A DNA stretch of 64,000 bases from an uncultured Eubacteriales bacterium. Its GTDB lineage: Bacteria; Acidobacteriota; Aminicenantia; Aminicenantales; Aminicenantaceae. Location of the stretch: positions 1,784-65,783 of the forward strand of contig CAYGBC010000045.1 in NCBI GenBank assembly GCA_964348015.1, in the 5' to 3' direction. Shown here one piece after another: positions 1 through 8,663 of this stretch (position 1 is its first letter; every line of letters begins with the position of its first letter). The notes under the pieces were generated by a model that saw nothing but the letters and a program-made list of their open reading frames with translations, searched no databases and was not told the origin of the DNA. Both the position numbers and the translations under genes were made by a program.

Positions 1-958
1 GATGGTCCAGATGGCCGCCGATGATGATCACTTCATCTTTGAGGTCCGGATCAGACCCTTCGTAAATACCGATCAGGTTGTACCCGATGCCGTCCGGATG
101 GTGCTCGGTCGTGTTTTTTATCGTTACTGTTTTGCCGGTCGAGAATGATTGAGGCTTGAGCGTTTTTCTGATCTTTTTCACGACTTCGCTGTGATTCTTC
201 CCTGTGCCCGCGAACATATCCTCGACCACGACTCTTCCCACATGGGAGTAGATAAAATTCTTGTCATAGGAATTGTTCGGGTTGGAGATCGGGCCGTAGT
301 TGTACAGCATCCCTCTGGCCCCGTGCTTCACCGCATTCTCGAGCTTGTACTGGTGGAAGGAATAGGGACGCCATTTCTTGAAGAGCTCCGCGTCTGCTCG
401 GGGCGATACCGGCGCCTCTCTCTCCATCAGGACGATCTTGCCCTTGACGTCCACACCTTTGTAGTCGTCGTATCCCAGCTCAGGGGCTGTGGCTCCGTAT
501 CCCACATAGATCACCTCTGCGGTCACCTCACCCGAACCGGAAGTGGCCCCCGGGATAAACTCGTCTTCATAGCGGTAGTATTTTTTCAGGACCGAATTTT
601 TATACGGAACATGGAGGTACACTTCACAGTCTTTAAATATCAACGTGTAAGGATTGGGGAACGCCTGGAGGTAAGTGCCTTTATCCCCCGCAGGTTGAAT
701 CCCCCACTTCTTGAAATGAGACGCCACCCATTTGGCGCTGGCGTTATACTCTTCTGTTCCGGTCAGACGGCCGCCGTATTTATCCAAACACAGCTCTTTC
801 ACATACGCGAAGAGCTCATGGCTCGAAATGGAATGGAGCGCCTGAACGATCTTCTGCTCATCTGTCAGTTGTACGCGCTGGGCCTGAACAGATAAGGAAA
901 AGGACAGAACGCAATAGGTCAAAACAACCAGGAACGAAAGCAGTTTCTTGTTTCTCAT
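1..958 (-). CDS. M28-family metallopeptidase with PA (protease-associated) insert, secreted; partial (3' end beyond window edge)
   Basis: Minus-strand frame is open from ATG at 956-958 to position 1, with GAGGAGG 5 nt upstream. Hand translation gives MRNKKLLSFLVVLTYCVLSFSLSVQA (signal peptide), ELGYDDYKGVDVKGKIVLME and IIIGGHLDH. Clear paralog of 7094..8581. Missing from the ORF track because it is truncated; ORF 149..895(+) is its antisense shadow. Confidence 0.8.
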   Translation of the reverse strand, partial: MRNKKLLSFLVVLTYCVLSFSLSVQAQRVQLTDEQKIVQALHSISSHELFAYVKELCLDKYGGRLTGTEEYNASAKWVASHFKKWGIQPAGDKGTYLQAFPNPYTLIFKDCEVYLHVPYKNSVLKKYYRYEDEFIPGATSGSGEVTAEVIYVGYGATAPELGYDDYKGVDVKGKIVLMEREAPVSPRADAELFKKWRPYSFHQYKLENAVKHGARGMLYNYGPISNPNNSYDKNFIYSHVGRVVVEDMFAGTGKNHSEVVKKIRKTLKPQSFSTGKTVTIKNTTEHHPDGIGYNLIGIYEGSDPDLKDEVIIIGGHLDH

Positions 959-1025
959 CTAAACCTCCTCTTCACTTTTTCTCTCTTTATGTTAAGATAA
1001 ATCTTTGAAATGTAAAGCGAAAATA

Positions 1026-1886
1026 ATGAAACGCGTGAAAAGAGCGTCCAGGATTTTCTCATTTCTCTTTTTGCTGGTCTTTCTCCTTATCAAGATTCCA
1101 CTCTCCACTCCCCAGGAAGAACTCCCATCGGAAAAAAAGGACCTTGAATTCCTCGAACAAAGGCTTTTCGAGCTGACCAATAGAGAAAGGCAGAGACGAG
1201 ATCTTCGCAGGGTCAGTTTTTCGCGTGACTTGAGCCAACTTGCCCGCGAACACAGCCGCGATATGGCCACAAACGGGAGGATCTCCCACTCCTCCACAGA
1301 TGGAAGATCCTACATGGACCGTCTTGTGGACGCGAGGTTCTACTTTATTGCGATAGGAGAGAACGTCGCCTTCAGCAGCAAGTTCGAACCGGAAGGCATT
1401 CACGAAGGTCTTATGGAAAGTCCCGGACATAAAGAGAACATACTCGACCCGGCTTTCGACGAGGTCGGTATCGGCGCAGTCCTGAATAAAGACAAAGGCT
1501 ACTTCGTCACACAGGATTTCCGCAGGGCTCCGGTGCTCCGGGATGCCCGGCAGGTGGAAAGGGAGATCAAGAGAGACATCAACGAACTCCGGCGCAGGAG
1601 CCGTCTTCCTTCTCTGTATTCCTCTTCAGACGCAGACAAGTATGCGCTCGAATGTTCCAAGAATATGATCGAAAAAAAGGCCCCGCCTCCGATGCCGGAT
1701 CAATTTCGCGCCGTCCAGTACCACTTCATCACATCCCCAGCGCTGGAGGGCATCCAAAAGATCTACGCGGATAAAGTCATTGAGGTGCGCTTTAACGCCG
1801 TGGGACTGGGCGTGACGTTTGCCCGGAACGAGCAGTATCCCGGCGGATGTTACTTCATTGCGCTCCTTCTTTTTCCTGAGATATAA
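1026..1886 (+). CDS. Secreted CAP/SCP (PR-1, YkwD-like) domain protein
   Basis: MKRVKRASRIFSFLFLLVFLL signal or anchor. CAP hallmarks are LTNRERQRRDL, AREHSRDM, IGENVAF and ESPGHKENILDPAFDEVGIG. Start moved to the second Met of ORF 1005..1886. Confidence 0.75.
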   Translation: MKRVKRASRIFSFLFLLVFLLIKIPLSTPQEELPSEKKDLEFLEQRLFELTNRERQRRDLRRVSFSRDLSQLAREHSRDMATNGRISHSSTDGRSYMDRLVDARFYFIAIGENVAFSSKFEPEGIHEGLMESPGHKENILDPAFDEVGIGAVLNKDKGYFVTQDFRRAPVLRDARQVEREIKRDINELRRRSRLPSLYSSSDADKYALECSKNMIEKKAPPPMPDQFRAVQYHFITSPALEGIQKIYADKVIEVRFNAVGLGVTFARNEQYPGGCYFIALLLFPEI

Positions 1887-1907
1887 CGCTAACCAAGGAG
1901 AAATACA

Positions 1908-3134
1908 ATGAATCCGATATCCAGAAGGGCTTTTTTGTTTTTTGCGGGAATGGGATCCGCATCACTCTTTGCCCGCAGACTTGAAGGTCACCCTCCCTCA
2001 CAGAAAGAGCCCGCGGAATCCAGTTCAAACCTCTCTTCTGACCCATGGATCGAACTCAATCTGGACCACATGACCTGGAACCTCGGCCAAATCAGAAAAA
2101 CGGCCCGAGTGAAGGTCATGGCTGTGATCAAAGCGAACGCCTACGGTCACGGTCTGGTCGAGGTGGGAAAACACCTGGAGAGAGCGGGTATCGACTTTCT
2201 GATGGTCGGCAAACTCCAAGAAGCTCTCCAGCTCAGGAAGAAGGGTGTTTCCACTCCGATCCTCAACTTCGGGCCCTTCAGCCGCGCAGACGCAGAAAAA
2301 ATCATCCGGCATGAAATTTCCCAATCTGTATTCGATGAAAAAATCAAAGACCTCAGCGATGCCGGGATTAAAATCGGGAAAAAAGCCAGAGTTCATATTC
2401 ACGTGGATACGGGTATGGGGCGGATGGGGATCTCTTACAGAGAGGCCTGGCCGTTTGTCCGAAGTACTGCCTCATTGAAAGGCATCTATATCGAAGGGAT
2501 CTCCACAGCTCTGACTGAAGATGATGATTTTGACCGGGAACAGATGGACAGATTTCTCAGCCTTTGTCAAAAGGCCGCTAAAAACAACATTTCAGTGGGA
2601 TTGAGGCATGCGGCCAGCAGCGATGGAGTCCTCGACCTGCCCTCCTCCCATCTCGACATGGTGAGACCCGGGATCGCGCTCTACGGTTATTACCCCTCGG
2701 AAAAAACCCAAAATGAAGACCGGCTCGGCCTGAAGCCCGTCCTCCAGCTCAAGAGCCGCGTCGTGGCTGTCAAGACTCTGCGTCCGGGAGATTCTGTCTC
2801 TTACCACCGCAAATACACGGCCCGGAAAAGAGAAAAGATCGCTATCATCTCCATTGGTTACTCGGACGGTTACCCGCCCAATGTGGTCGGTAAAGCCTCG
2901 GTCCTGATTCAGGGGAAAAAGCACCCTCTGATCGCCGCGGTCACAGCCAATCACTGCGCAGCGCTTCTGGAGAAAAGCTCCGCAGTCGCCAACGGCGATG
3001 AAGCCGTACTCCTCGGCTCTCAAGGAGAAGAAAAAATCACTGCGGATGAGATGGCCGGATGGGCCGGAATCTCCGCCTACAAGATACTGATCGGCCTCAA
3101 CCCTCTCCTTCCGAGAACAATCATCAAAGATTAA
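1908..3134 (+). CDS. alr: Alanine racemase family PLP enzyme with N-terminal twin-arginine signal
   Basis: PLP-lysine motif AVIKANAYGHG and full-length Alr-like sequence. N-terminus MNPISRRAFLFFAGMGSASLFA fits the Tat consensus. AGGAG lies upstream of the ATG. Confidence 0.85.
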   Translation: MNPISRRAFLFFAGMGSASLFARRLEGHPPSQKEPAESSSNLSSDPWIELNLDHMTWNLGQIRKTARVKVMAVIKANAYGHGLVEVGKHLERAGIDFLMVGKLQEALQLRKKGVSTPILNFGPFSRADAEKIIRHEISQSVFDEKIKDLSDAGIKIGKKARVHIHVDTGMGRMGISYREAWPFVRSTASLKGIYIEGISTALTEDDDFDREQMDRFLSLCQKAAKNNISVGLRHAASSDGVLDLPSSHLDMVRPGIALYGYYPSEKTQNEDRLGLKPVLQLKSRVVAVKTLRPGDSVSYHRKYTARKREKIAIISIGYSDGYPPNVVGKASVLIQGKKHPLIAAVTANHCAALLEKSSAVANGDEAVLLGSQGEEKITADEMAGWAGISAYKILIGLNPLLPRTIIKD

Positions 3135-3155
3135 TGAATTCCGAGTCATTCTTCG

Positions 3156-3447
3156 TGTCATTGCGAGGAACGAAGTGACGTGGCAATCCTGTATGGAATA
3201 TTCTTTGTCATTGCGAGCCTGCGTGGCAATCCCATAAGAAGGATGGGATGGATTAAAAGTGCGAGGAGAGGTGGAATTCCTTCGATTTGCTCGGAATAGG
3301 CTCGGCAATCTCATCGTCTTGGTGCCATTGCGAGGAACGAAGTGACGTGGCAATCTCATAGAAAAAATATATCTATTTTTACGGGATTGCCACACTGCGT
3401 TCGCAATGACACAAGGATGAGATTGCCAGGCTAGTCTCGCAATGACA
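3156..3447. repeat. Intergenic repeat cluster A (family 1: TGTCATTGCGAG...GGCAATCTC units)
   Basis: Forward units start at about 3156, 3206, 3281 (degenerate) and 3323. An AT-rich core ATAGAAAAAATATATCTATTTTTAC follows, then inverted units at about 3385 and 3419. The complete ~90-nt palindromic element is 3323..3411. Confidence 0.85.
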
Positions 3448-3489
3448 CCATGGATACAATATCGTTATTGATTATGGCAATAAAATGAG

Positions 3490-3539
3490 AAAAAGGGGAA
3501 AGGCTACTTTATTGAAAAAAGTAGCCTGTCCCTTTTTTC
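3490..3539. terminator. Bidirectional hairpin terminator candidate (related to family 2 motif)
   Basis: AAAAAGGGGA-AAGGCTACTTT-attgaaa-AAAGTAGCCT-GTCCCTTTTTT. This is a 10-bp stem flanked by an A-run 5' and a T-run 3'. Confidence 0.5.
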
Positions 3540-3610
3540 GTTGATTTGGGGTATCAATTCTGATATTTTGATTCTGCCGATCCTGAGGCAAATTTTTCAA
3601 GGAGGCGTCG

Positions 3611-4198
3611 ATGTTGAAAAAAATCCTGACTCTCATTTCGATCCTGGGATGGCTCACAGCTCTGCCAGCCATGAGTCCTGGCAGTGATGGCAATCCCAAA
3701 GTTCTGATCAAAACCACCAAGGGCGATATTATTGTCGAGCTTTTTCCTGACAAGGCTCCGATCACTGTAAAAAACTTCCTGTCCTATGTGGATGAGAAAT
3801 TCTACGACGGCACCATATTCCACCGCGTGTGGAAAGGTTTCATGATCCAGGCAGGGGGGATATCCGCAGATCTGAAAGCAAAGCCGACGAAGCCTCCGAT
3901 AAAGAACGAGGCGACAAACGGGTTGAGCAACACAAAAGGAACGATCGCCATGGGGCGGGGGAATCCCATACACAGCATCACCAGCCATTTCTTCATCAAT
4001 CAAGTGAACAACTCCGCGGGATTAGACCACCGGAACAACACACCCGAAGGCTATGGCTACCCTGTGTTCGGAAAAGTCATCAGCGGGATGGATGTGGTGA
4101 ATGCGATCGCTAACGGAAAAACGATGACCAAACAGGGCCTGGAACATTTCCCAAGAGAACCTGTCACTATCATCTCCATCCGGCGGATACAGGAATAA
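3611..4198 (+). CDS. Periplasmic cyclophilin-type peptidyl-prolyl cis-trans isomerase
   Basis: Signal peptide MLKKILTLISILGWLTALPA. Cyclophilin motifs FHRVWKGFMIQAGG and GTIAMGRG. GGAGG lies upstream. Confidence 0.9.
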   Translation: MLKKILTLISILGWLTALPAMSPGSDGNPKVLIKTTKGDIIVELFPDKAPITVKNFLSYVDEKFYDGTIFHRVWKGFMIQAGGISADLKAKPTKPPIKNEATNGLSNTKGTIAMGRGNPIHSITSHFFINQVNNSAGLDHRNNTPEGYGYPVFGKVISGMDVVNAIANGKTMTKQGLEHFPREPVTIISIRRIQE

Positions 4199-4270
4199 AA
4201 AGATTTCTGTCTTAATCAAAAATCGAGAATTGTGTGAAGCCTCGAGCTTCTGCAGGCCGGCCAGGGCAAA

Positions 4271-4471
4271 ATGATATTTGCTTTTATTCATCTCTTTCTT
4301 CTCCTCGGTATCATAATCTTAGCCTTCTACTCACTTTTCCAGGGAAACCTCCTGCGGTTTGCCCTCATCATCGGACTGCTCATTGTGTATTACTTCCTCG
4401 CCCTCCACAAAAACGTCCTCGAGGAAATACAAAGAAAAAAGAAAAAAAAGAGGAAGAAAAAAAAGAAATAA
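4271..4471 (+). CDS. Small two-TM membrane protein with poly-Lys tail (hypothetical)
   Basis: 66 aa with two hydrophobic helices, then RKKKKKRKKKKK encoded by A-tracts at about 4431..4468. No recognisable homolog. Confidence 0.4.
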   Translation: MIFAFIHLFLLLGIIILAFYSLFQGNLLRFALIIGLLIVYYFLALHKNVLEEIQRKKKKKRKKKKK

Positions 4472-4487
4472 AGGAACCCCCGCTTTC

Positions 4488-5366
4488 ATGCCTGTCTATT
4501 TCGCCTTCTCGGATGAATCAGGAAAATACAAAAAGGAACGGACTGACAAGTTCATCTCCAAAAATCCTTTTTACTGCCGTGCAGCCGTTCTCCTGGAAGC
4601 CCAGGATTGGATCAGGCTCAACGCAGAATTCCACAGCCTCAAAAAAAGCATGCTGCAGGTCAATCCCCAACAAGAAGTGAAATGGTCCTACATCTGGTCG
4701 CTGTTCAAACATTCCCAGAAAAAAGAGCCCGTTCCCAAAAATAAGCCGTACTTTATCCTTCGCAACCACTCTCTCGACAGGCTTGTCGACTTCATAAGGT
4801 GGACTCTCCAGCTTCTCAACGAATGCCCGAGCAGCCGCGTCCTCTTCACACTCACTTTCAACGAGAGGACACAAACAAAGCCCCTGGAAACCAAGGAAAT
4901 TTTAAAACTCCACATCCATCACTGCCTGAAGGTCATCGAAGAGGAAATCCGCGTCATACCCGAAAGCGTGTGCGTTCTTTTTCTGAATCGGGAGGAACCT
5001 GCTCTGGAAAAGCATCTCAAAGAAGCTCTTTCTGAGATCTATGAGGAAGGCCGCCCACCAAGATTCCCTCACATCAAAGACAGCCTCGATTTCGAATACT
5101 TCACGCAGAGTTTTGGCAGCCAGCTTGCAGACTACTGCGCGGGAGTGTTCAACGGATGCTGCCGCCTCTATCCGCAGAGCATCGACCTTTTCCGGCATCA
5201 GATCTGGCCGAGGATCATCAGGAAAAAGGATGACGTGTGGGGTTCGGGAATCACCGAACTCCCCGAAGGCGAAAAAAACAGAGCCTTCTTGAAAAGCATT
5301 CTCGATAAAGCTATCTCAGCCCAGGAAAAAGACTACCGTATCAGCCTGGATAAACAGATCAAATAA
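4488..5366 (+). CDS. DUF3800 family protein
   Basis: N-terminal YFAFSDESG and C-terminal SQLADYCAGV match the two conserved DUF3800 motifs (DESG near the N-terminus, QxAD..AG near the C-terminus). Start set at Met44 of ORF 4359..5366, because the upstream extension only reads through the A-tract. Confidence 0.7.
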   Translation: MPVYFAFSDESGKYKKERTDKFISKNPFYCRAAVLLEAQDWIRLNAEFHSLKKSMLQVNPQQEVKWSYIWSLFKHSQKKEPVPKNKPYFILRNHSLDRLVDFIRWTLQLLNECPSSRVLFTLTFNERTQTKPLETKEILKLHIHHCLKVIEEEIRVIPESVCVLFLNREEPALEKHLKEALSEIYEEGRPPRFPHIKDSLDFEYFTQSFGSQLADYCAGVFNGCCRLYPQSIDLFRHQIWPRIIRKKDDVWGSGITELPEGEKNRAFLKSILDKAISAQEKDYRISLDKQIK

Positions 5367-5374
5367 TAAAAGCC

Positions 5375-6751
5375 ATGGATTTATTCGAGCGTTCCATACG
5401 CCTCCTCGGGGATATAGTCTGGGGTCCGCATATGCTCATCCTTCTCCTCGGGACTGGCATCTATCTCACCATCCGGTTTCGGTTTGTCCAGCTGCGCCGC
5501 TTCGGGCTATCGTTCCGCCTGCTTCTCGGCAACAGGGATTTCGGTGAAAGCGCAAAGGAACGCAGAGGAGACATTTCTCCTTTCCAGGCGTTAGCCGCAT
5601 CACTGGCCGCGGTCATCGGGAACGGAAATATCGCCGGAGTCTGTACAGCCATTGCCATGGGAGGACCCGGGGCGGTATTCTGGATGTGGCTTGCCGCTTT
5701 TTTCGGAATGGCCACAAAAGTGGCGGAAGCTGTCCTCGGCCAGAAATTCAAAATCACAGCGCCAGACGGGACGATCAAGGGCGGCCCGATGTATTACATA
5801 AGCCAGGGGCTGGGGCTTCCCTGGCTGGCGGGAATCTTCGCTTTTTTCATGGGCTGTAAGCCGCTTTTTTCCACCACGTCCATCCAGTCCAACTCGGTTG
5901 CCCTGGTCCTGAGGACGCAGCTCGGCATCGAGCCCTGGATCACGGGTTTAGGCCTGGCTGTCTTGACCTGGCTGGTCATCATCGGCGGGATCAAATCCAT
6001 CGCCCGAGTCGCAGAAATCCTGAGCCCGATCATGGTCTTCCTGTACATCGCGGGCGCTCTGATCACCATCACCCTCTTTTACGACAAAATTCCCGATGCC
6101 CTCTCTCTCATTTTCGTGGGCGCGTTCAAACCCTCTGCTGTAACCGGAGGAGTCGCGGGCATGACCATCCGGAATGCCATCCGGTACGGATTTTCCAGGG
6201 GGGCCTATTCCAACGAAGCCGGGACAGGGACAGCGGGGGTTTTTCATGCCTCAGCCAAGACCAGCGAGCCGGTGAGACAGGGACTCATCGCCTCCCTGGA
6301 TGTGTTCATAGACACACTCGTCATCTGCACTCTCACGGCTCTGACGGTCCTGGTGACGGGCGTCTGGAATCAAGGAATCACCAGTACCGAGATGACAGCC
6401 GAGGCGTTTAACGCGGCAATTCCCTGGGTTGGAGGATTGATCGTGGCGGTCAGCTCTTTCCTCTTCGGATATTCCAGCTTAATCGCTGTTCCCTACTATG
6501 GAGAGATCTCTTTCAGCTATCTCCTGGGTTCATGGATCAAGTGGCCCTTCCGGTGGATCTTCTGTATAGTGATCTTTATCGGCGCCACGATGAAAGTCGA
6601 AGAAGCCTGGTCGATCGGAGACGTGTTCAACGGCATGATGGCCTCGACGAACCTGATCGGATTGATCGCGTTGGCCGGCCTGGCGGCGGTTTCGGTCAAG
6701 AGTTATTTAAAAAAGATAGATAGTACAAAATCAAGCCATTTTTCAAAATAA
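5375..6751 (+). CDS. Alanine/glycine:cation symporter (AGCS family)
   Basis: 458 aa polytopic protein. Motifs are GNIAGVCTAIAMGGPGAVFWMW and YSNEAGTGTAGVFHASAKT, typical of sodium:alanine symporters. Confidence 0.9.
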   Translation: MDLFERSIRLLGDIVWGPHMLILLLGTGIYLTIRFRFVQLRRFGLSFRLLLGNRDFGESAKERRGDISPFQALAASLAAVIGNGNIAGVCTAIAMGGPGAVFWMWLAAFFGMATKVAEAVLGQKFKITAPDGTIKGGPMYYISQGLGLPWLAGIFAFFMGCKPLFSTTSIQSNSVALVLRTQLGIEPWITGLGLAVLTWLVIIGGIKSIARVAEILSPIMVFLYIAGALITITLFYDKIPDALSLIFVGAFKPSAVTGGVAGMTIRNAIRYGFSRGAYSNEAGTGTAGVFHASAKTSEPVRQGLIASLDVFIDTLVICTLTALTVLVTGVWNQGITSTEMTAEAFNAAIPWVGGLIVAVSSFLFGYSSLIAVPYYGEISFSYLLGSWIKWPFRWIFCIVIFIGATMKVEEAWSIGDVFNGMMASTNLIGLIALAGLAAVSVKSYLKKIDSTKSSHFSK

Positions 6752-6825
6752 CGCAATGTTGGCGAAATTCATTATTACGTATAATCATGAAAGGAAATGC
6801 GTGAATGGCGAGTCGATACCACCGG

Positions 6826-7036
6826 TGTCATTGCGAGGAGCGAAGTGACGCGGCAATCTCTTATAGATTGAATCATAGATGCGAGCACAACGCGGCAATC
6901 TCATGCGACTGTCATTACGAGGAGCATAGCGACGTGGTAATCTCCTATAGAAAAATATACATTTATTTTTAGGAGATTGCCACGCAAGCTCGCAATGACA
7001 CAAACAGAAGATTTCCGCGCTTTGCTCGCAATGACA
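6826..7036. repeat. Intergenic repeat cluster B (family 1)
   Basis: Forward units at about 6826, 6877 (partial) and 6910. The core is TATAGAAAAATATACATTTATTTTTAGG. Inverted units at about 6974 and 7010. The complete 91-nt element is 6910..7000. Confidence 0.85.
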
Positions 7037-7093
7037 ATAGGTCGAAAATTTTGCGAGTAAGGAGACTATTTCAAATAACTTTTGGAGGTTTCG

Positions 7094-8581
7094 ATGAAAC
7101 GAAATAGGCTGTATTTTCCACTCGGCCTCATCTTCATTTCTCTGATTTTGTATTCTGTGGCTCCTGCTGAAAAGCTGGACAGCCATCTGCAGAAGGGGCT
7201 CGATTCCATCCGCCCGATGGATGCCTATAACTATGTGAAAACACTCTGTCTTCCTCAATTTGCCGGGCGCCATACAGGACACGAAGGCTACACCAAAGCC
7301 GCCAAATGGGCCGCGGGAAAATTCAAGGAATGGGGACTCCGGCCGATCAGTCAAAAGGAAGGGTATCTCCAGGCTTACCCGTCTCCGTATGTCGTGGTGG
7401 ATAGAGCGGAGATGACGCTGCATCTGAAAGAAACAGGGAGCCAAAAACAGGATGACTCCTCTTTGAAAGAAGTCCCCCTCAAGCCCGGGACAGATTTTCT
7501 CCCCATCCTGTATTCGGACAGCGGCCACAACACCGCAGGAGTCGTGTTTGCCGGATGGGGCATTTCTGCGCCGGAGCTTGGATACGACGATTACGCAGGG
7601 CTCGATGTCCAAGGCAAATTCATCATCTGTTTCCGCGGAACACCCGACCGGAGGGAACCCGGCTACCAAAAGCACGACCACCACCGCTTCCGGATGAAAA
7701 CGGCCAAGTCAAAAGGAGCGCTGGGGCTTTTTTACATCTACGGAGAACCCATCGCCAATCCCAACGGGGACTGGATCGAGGGATTCACTCCAGCTATCAT
7801 CAGCGAGAAGGTCGCCGATATGCTCCTGAAGGAGCGGGGCATAAAATCCGCCGACCTGAGACGGGATCTCTCGACCTATAAAAAGCCGGTTTCCTTTGTT
7901 CTCGGATCAAAGGTCAGCTTTATGGTCGAATCCCGCAATTTTCCTGAAGGCGTGGGGTACAACGTCGCCGGGTATGTCGAGGGCTCTGACTCGAAGCTGA
8001 AGACAGAATGCCTGGTCGTGGGAGGGCATTTCGACCACTGCGGAGAGCACATGGGATTTTTGTTTGCCGGAGCCGACGACAACGCCAGCGGGAGTGCTGC
8101 GGTCATGACCATGGCCAAGGCTTTCGCCAGTTTGAAGAAAAAGCCCAAGAGGTCGGTGGTCTTCGTGCTCTTCGGAGGTGAAGAGATGGGACTGATGGGT
8201 TCGACGCATTTCGCCAGCAACCTCCCTCCGCAGTTTAAGAAGATCGACTCGATGTTCAATTTCGACATGGTGGGAGAGGGAGACGGAGCCGGATGCGCGG
8301 TCAGTGCCGAACCGGAAGAGTTGAAATCAGTCCTCGAAGCGGCGAATAAACATATCCAGATCTTGAAACGCGGCCCTTGGATTATCAGAGGCGTGGGAGT
8401 CCGGAGTTCCGATTATGCCCCCTTCTTCTTAAAGGGTGCGGCCTGCATCTCGTTTTCCTCAAACGGACCGCATCTGTACTACCATCTGCCTGGAGACACG
8501 ATCTACAGGATTAATCCGGACATTATGGCGGACATCGCGCGGCTCGCGTTCCTGACCGGATATAACTGGGCCGACAGATAA
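7094..8581 (+). CDS. M28-family metallopeptidase with PA domain, secreted
   Basis: Signal or anchor MKRNRLYFPLGLIFISLILYS. Motifs are APELGYDDYAGLDVQGKFIICF (PA domain), VVGGHFDH, DDNASGSAAV and FGGEEMGLMGS. GGAGG lies 6 nt before the ATG at 7094. Confidence 0.9.
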   Translation: MKRNRLYFPLGLIFISLILYSVAPAEKLDSHLQKGLDSIRPMDAYNYVKTLCLPQFAGRHTGHEGYTKAAKWAAGKFKEWGLRPISQKEGYLQAYPSPYVVVDRAEMTLHLKETGSQKQDDSSLKEVPLKPGTDFLPILYSDSGHNTAGVVFAGWGISAPELGYDDYAGLDVQGKFIICFRGTPDRREPGYQKHDHHRFRMKTAKSKGALGLFYIYGEPIANPNGDWIEGFTPAIISEKVADMLLKERGIKSADLRRDLSTYKKPVSFVLGSKVSFMVESRNFPEGVGYNVAGYVEGSDSKLKTECLVVGGHFDHCGEHMGFLFAGADDNASGSAAVMTMAKAFASLKKKPKRSVVFVLFGGEEMGLMGSTHFASNLPPQFKKIDSMFNFDMVGEGDGAGCAVSAEPEELKSVLEAANKHIQILKRGPWIIRGVGVRSSDYAPFFLKGAACISFSSNGPHLYYHLPGDTIYRINPDIMADIARLAFLTGYNWADR

Positions 8582-8588
8582 AAAAAAT

Positions 8589-8656
8589 GGGGACGTTCCC
8601 TCAGGAGGACAAACTTCAATCGTACTTCTAAAGTGTCCCCTTAGGGAACGTCCTCA
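8589..8656. repeat. Family 2 palindromic motif pair between convergent genes
   Basis: GGGGACGTTCCCTCAGG and CCTTAGGGAACGTCCTC are inverted copies about 40 nt apart. Each is a near-palindrome related to GGGGACNGTCCCC. Confidence 0.55.
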
Positions 8657-8663
8657 GTCATGA

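Noticed and set aside
149-895. 248-aa + strand ORF at the left edge
   Set aside because: It lies entirely antisense to a much better supported minus-strand M28 peptidase frame, which has an SD, a signal peptide, PA-domain and GGHLDH motifs, and paralogy to 7094..8581. Its own sequence has no recognisable motifs. I treat it as a shadow ORF.
2592-3395. Long minus-strand ORFs running through repeat clusters (2592..3395, 6785..7684, and 35166..35466 in three frames)
   Set aside because: Their repeat-derived parts (MRLPRHFVPRNG..., CHCE..., VIA...) are just translations of the family 1 intergenic repeat in different frames. The remainder is antisense to alr, the M28 gene or the comM upstream region. 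No SD or start context supports them.
4359-4487. N-terminal extension of the DUF3800 ORF (track start 4359)
   Set aside because: The extension reads KYKEKRKKRGRKKRNKG through the A-tract in an alternative frame and overlaps the small membrane ORF. DUF3800 proteins normally start a few residues before the DESG motif, which fits the Met at 4488.
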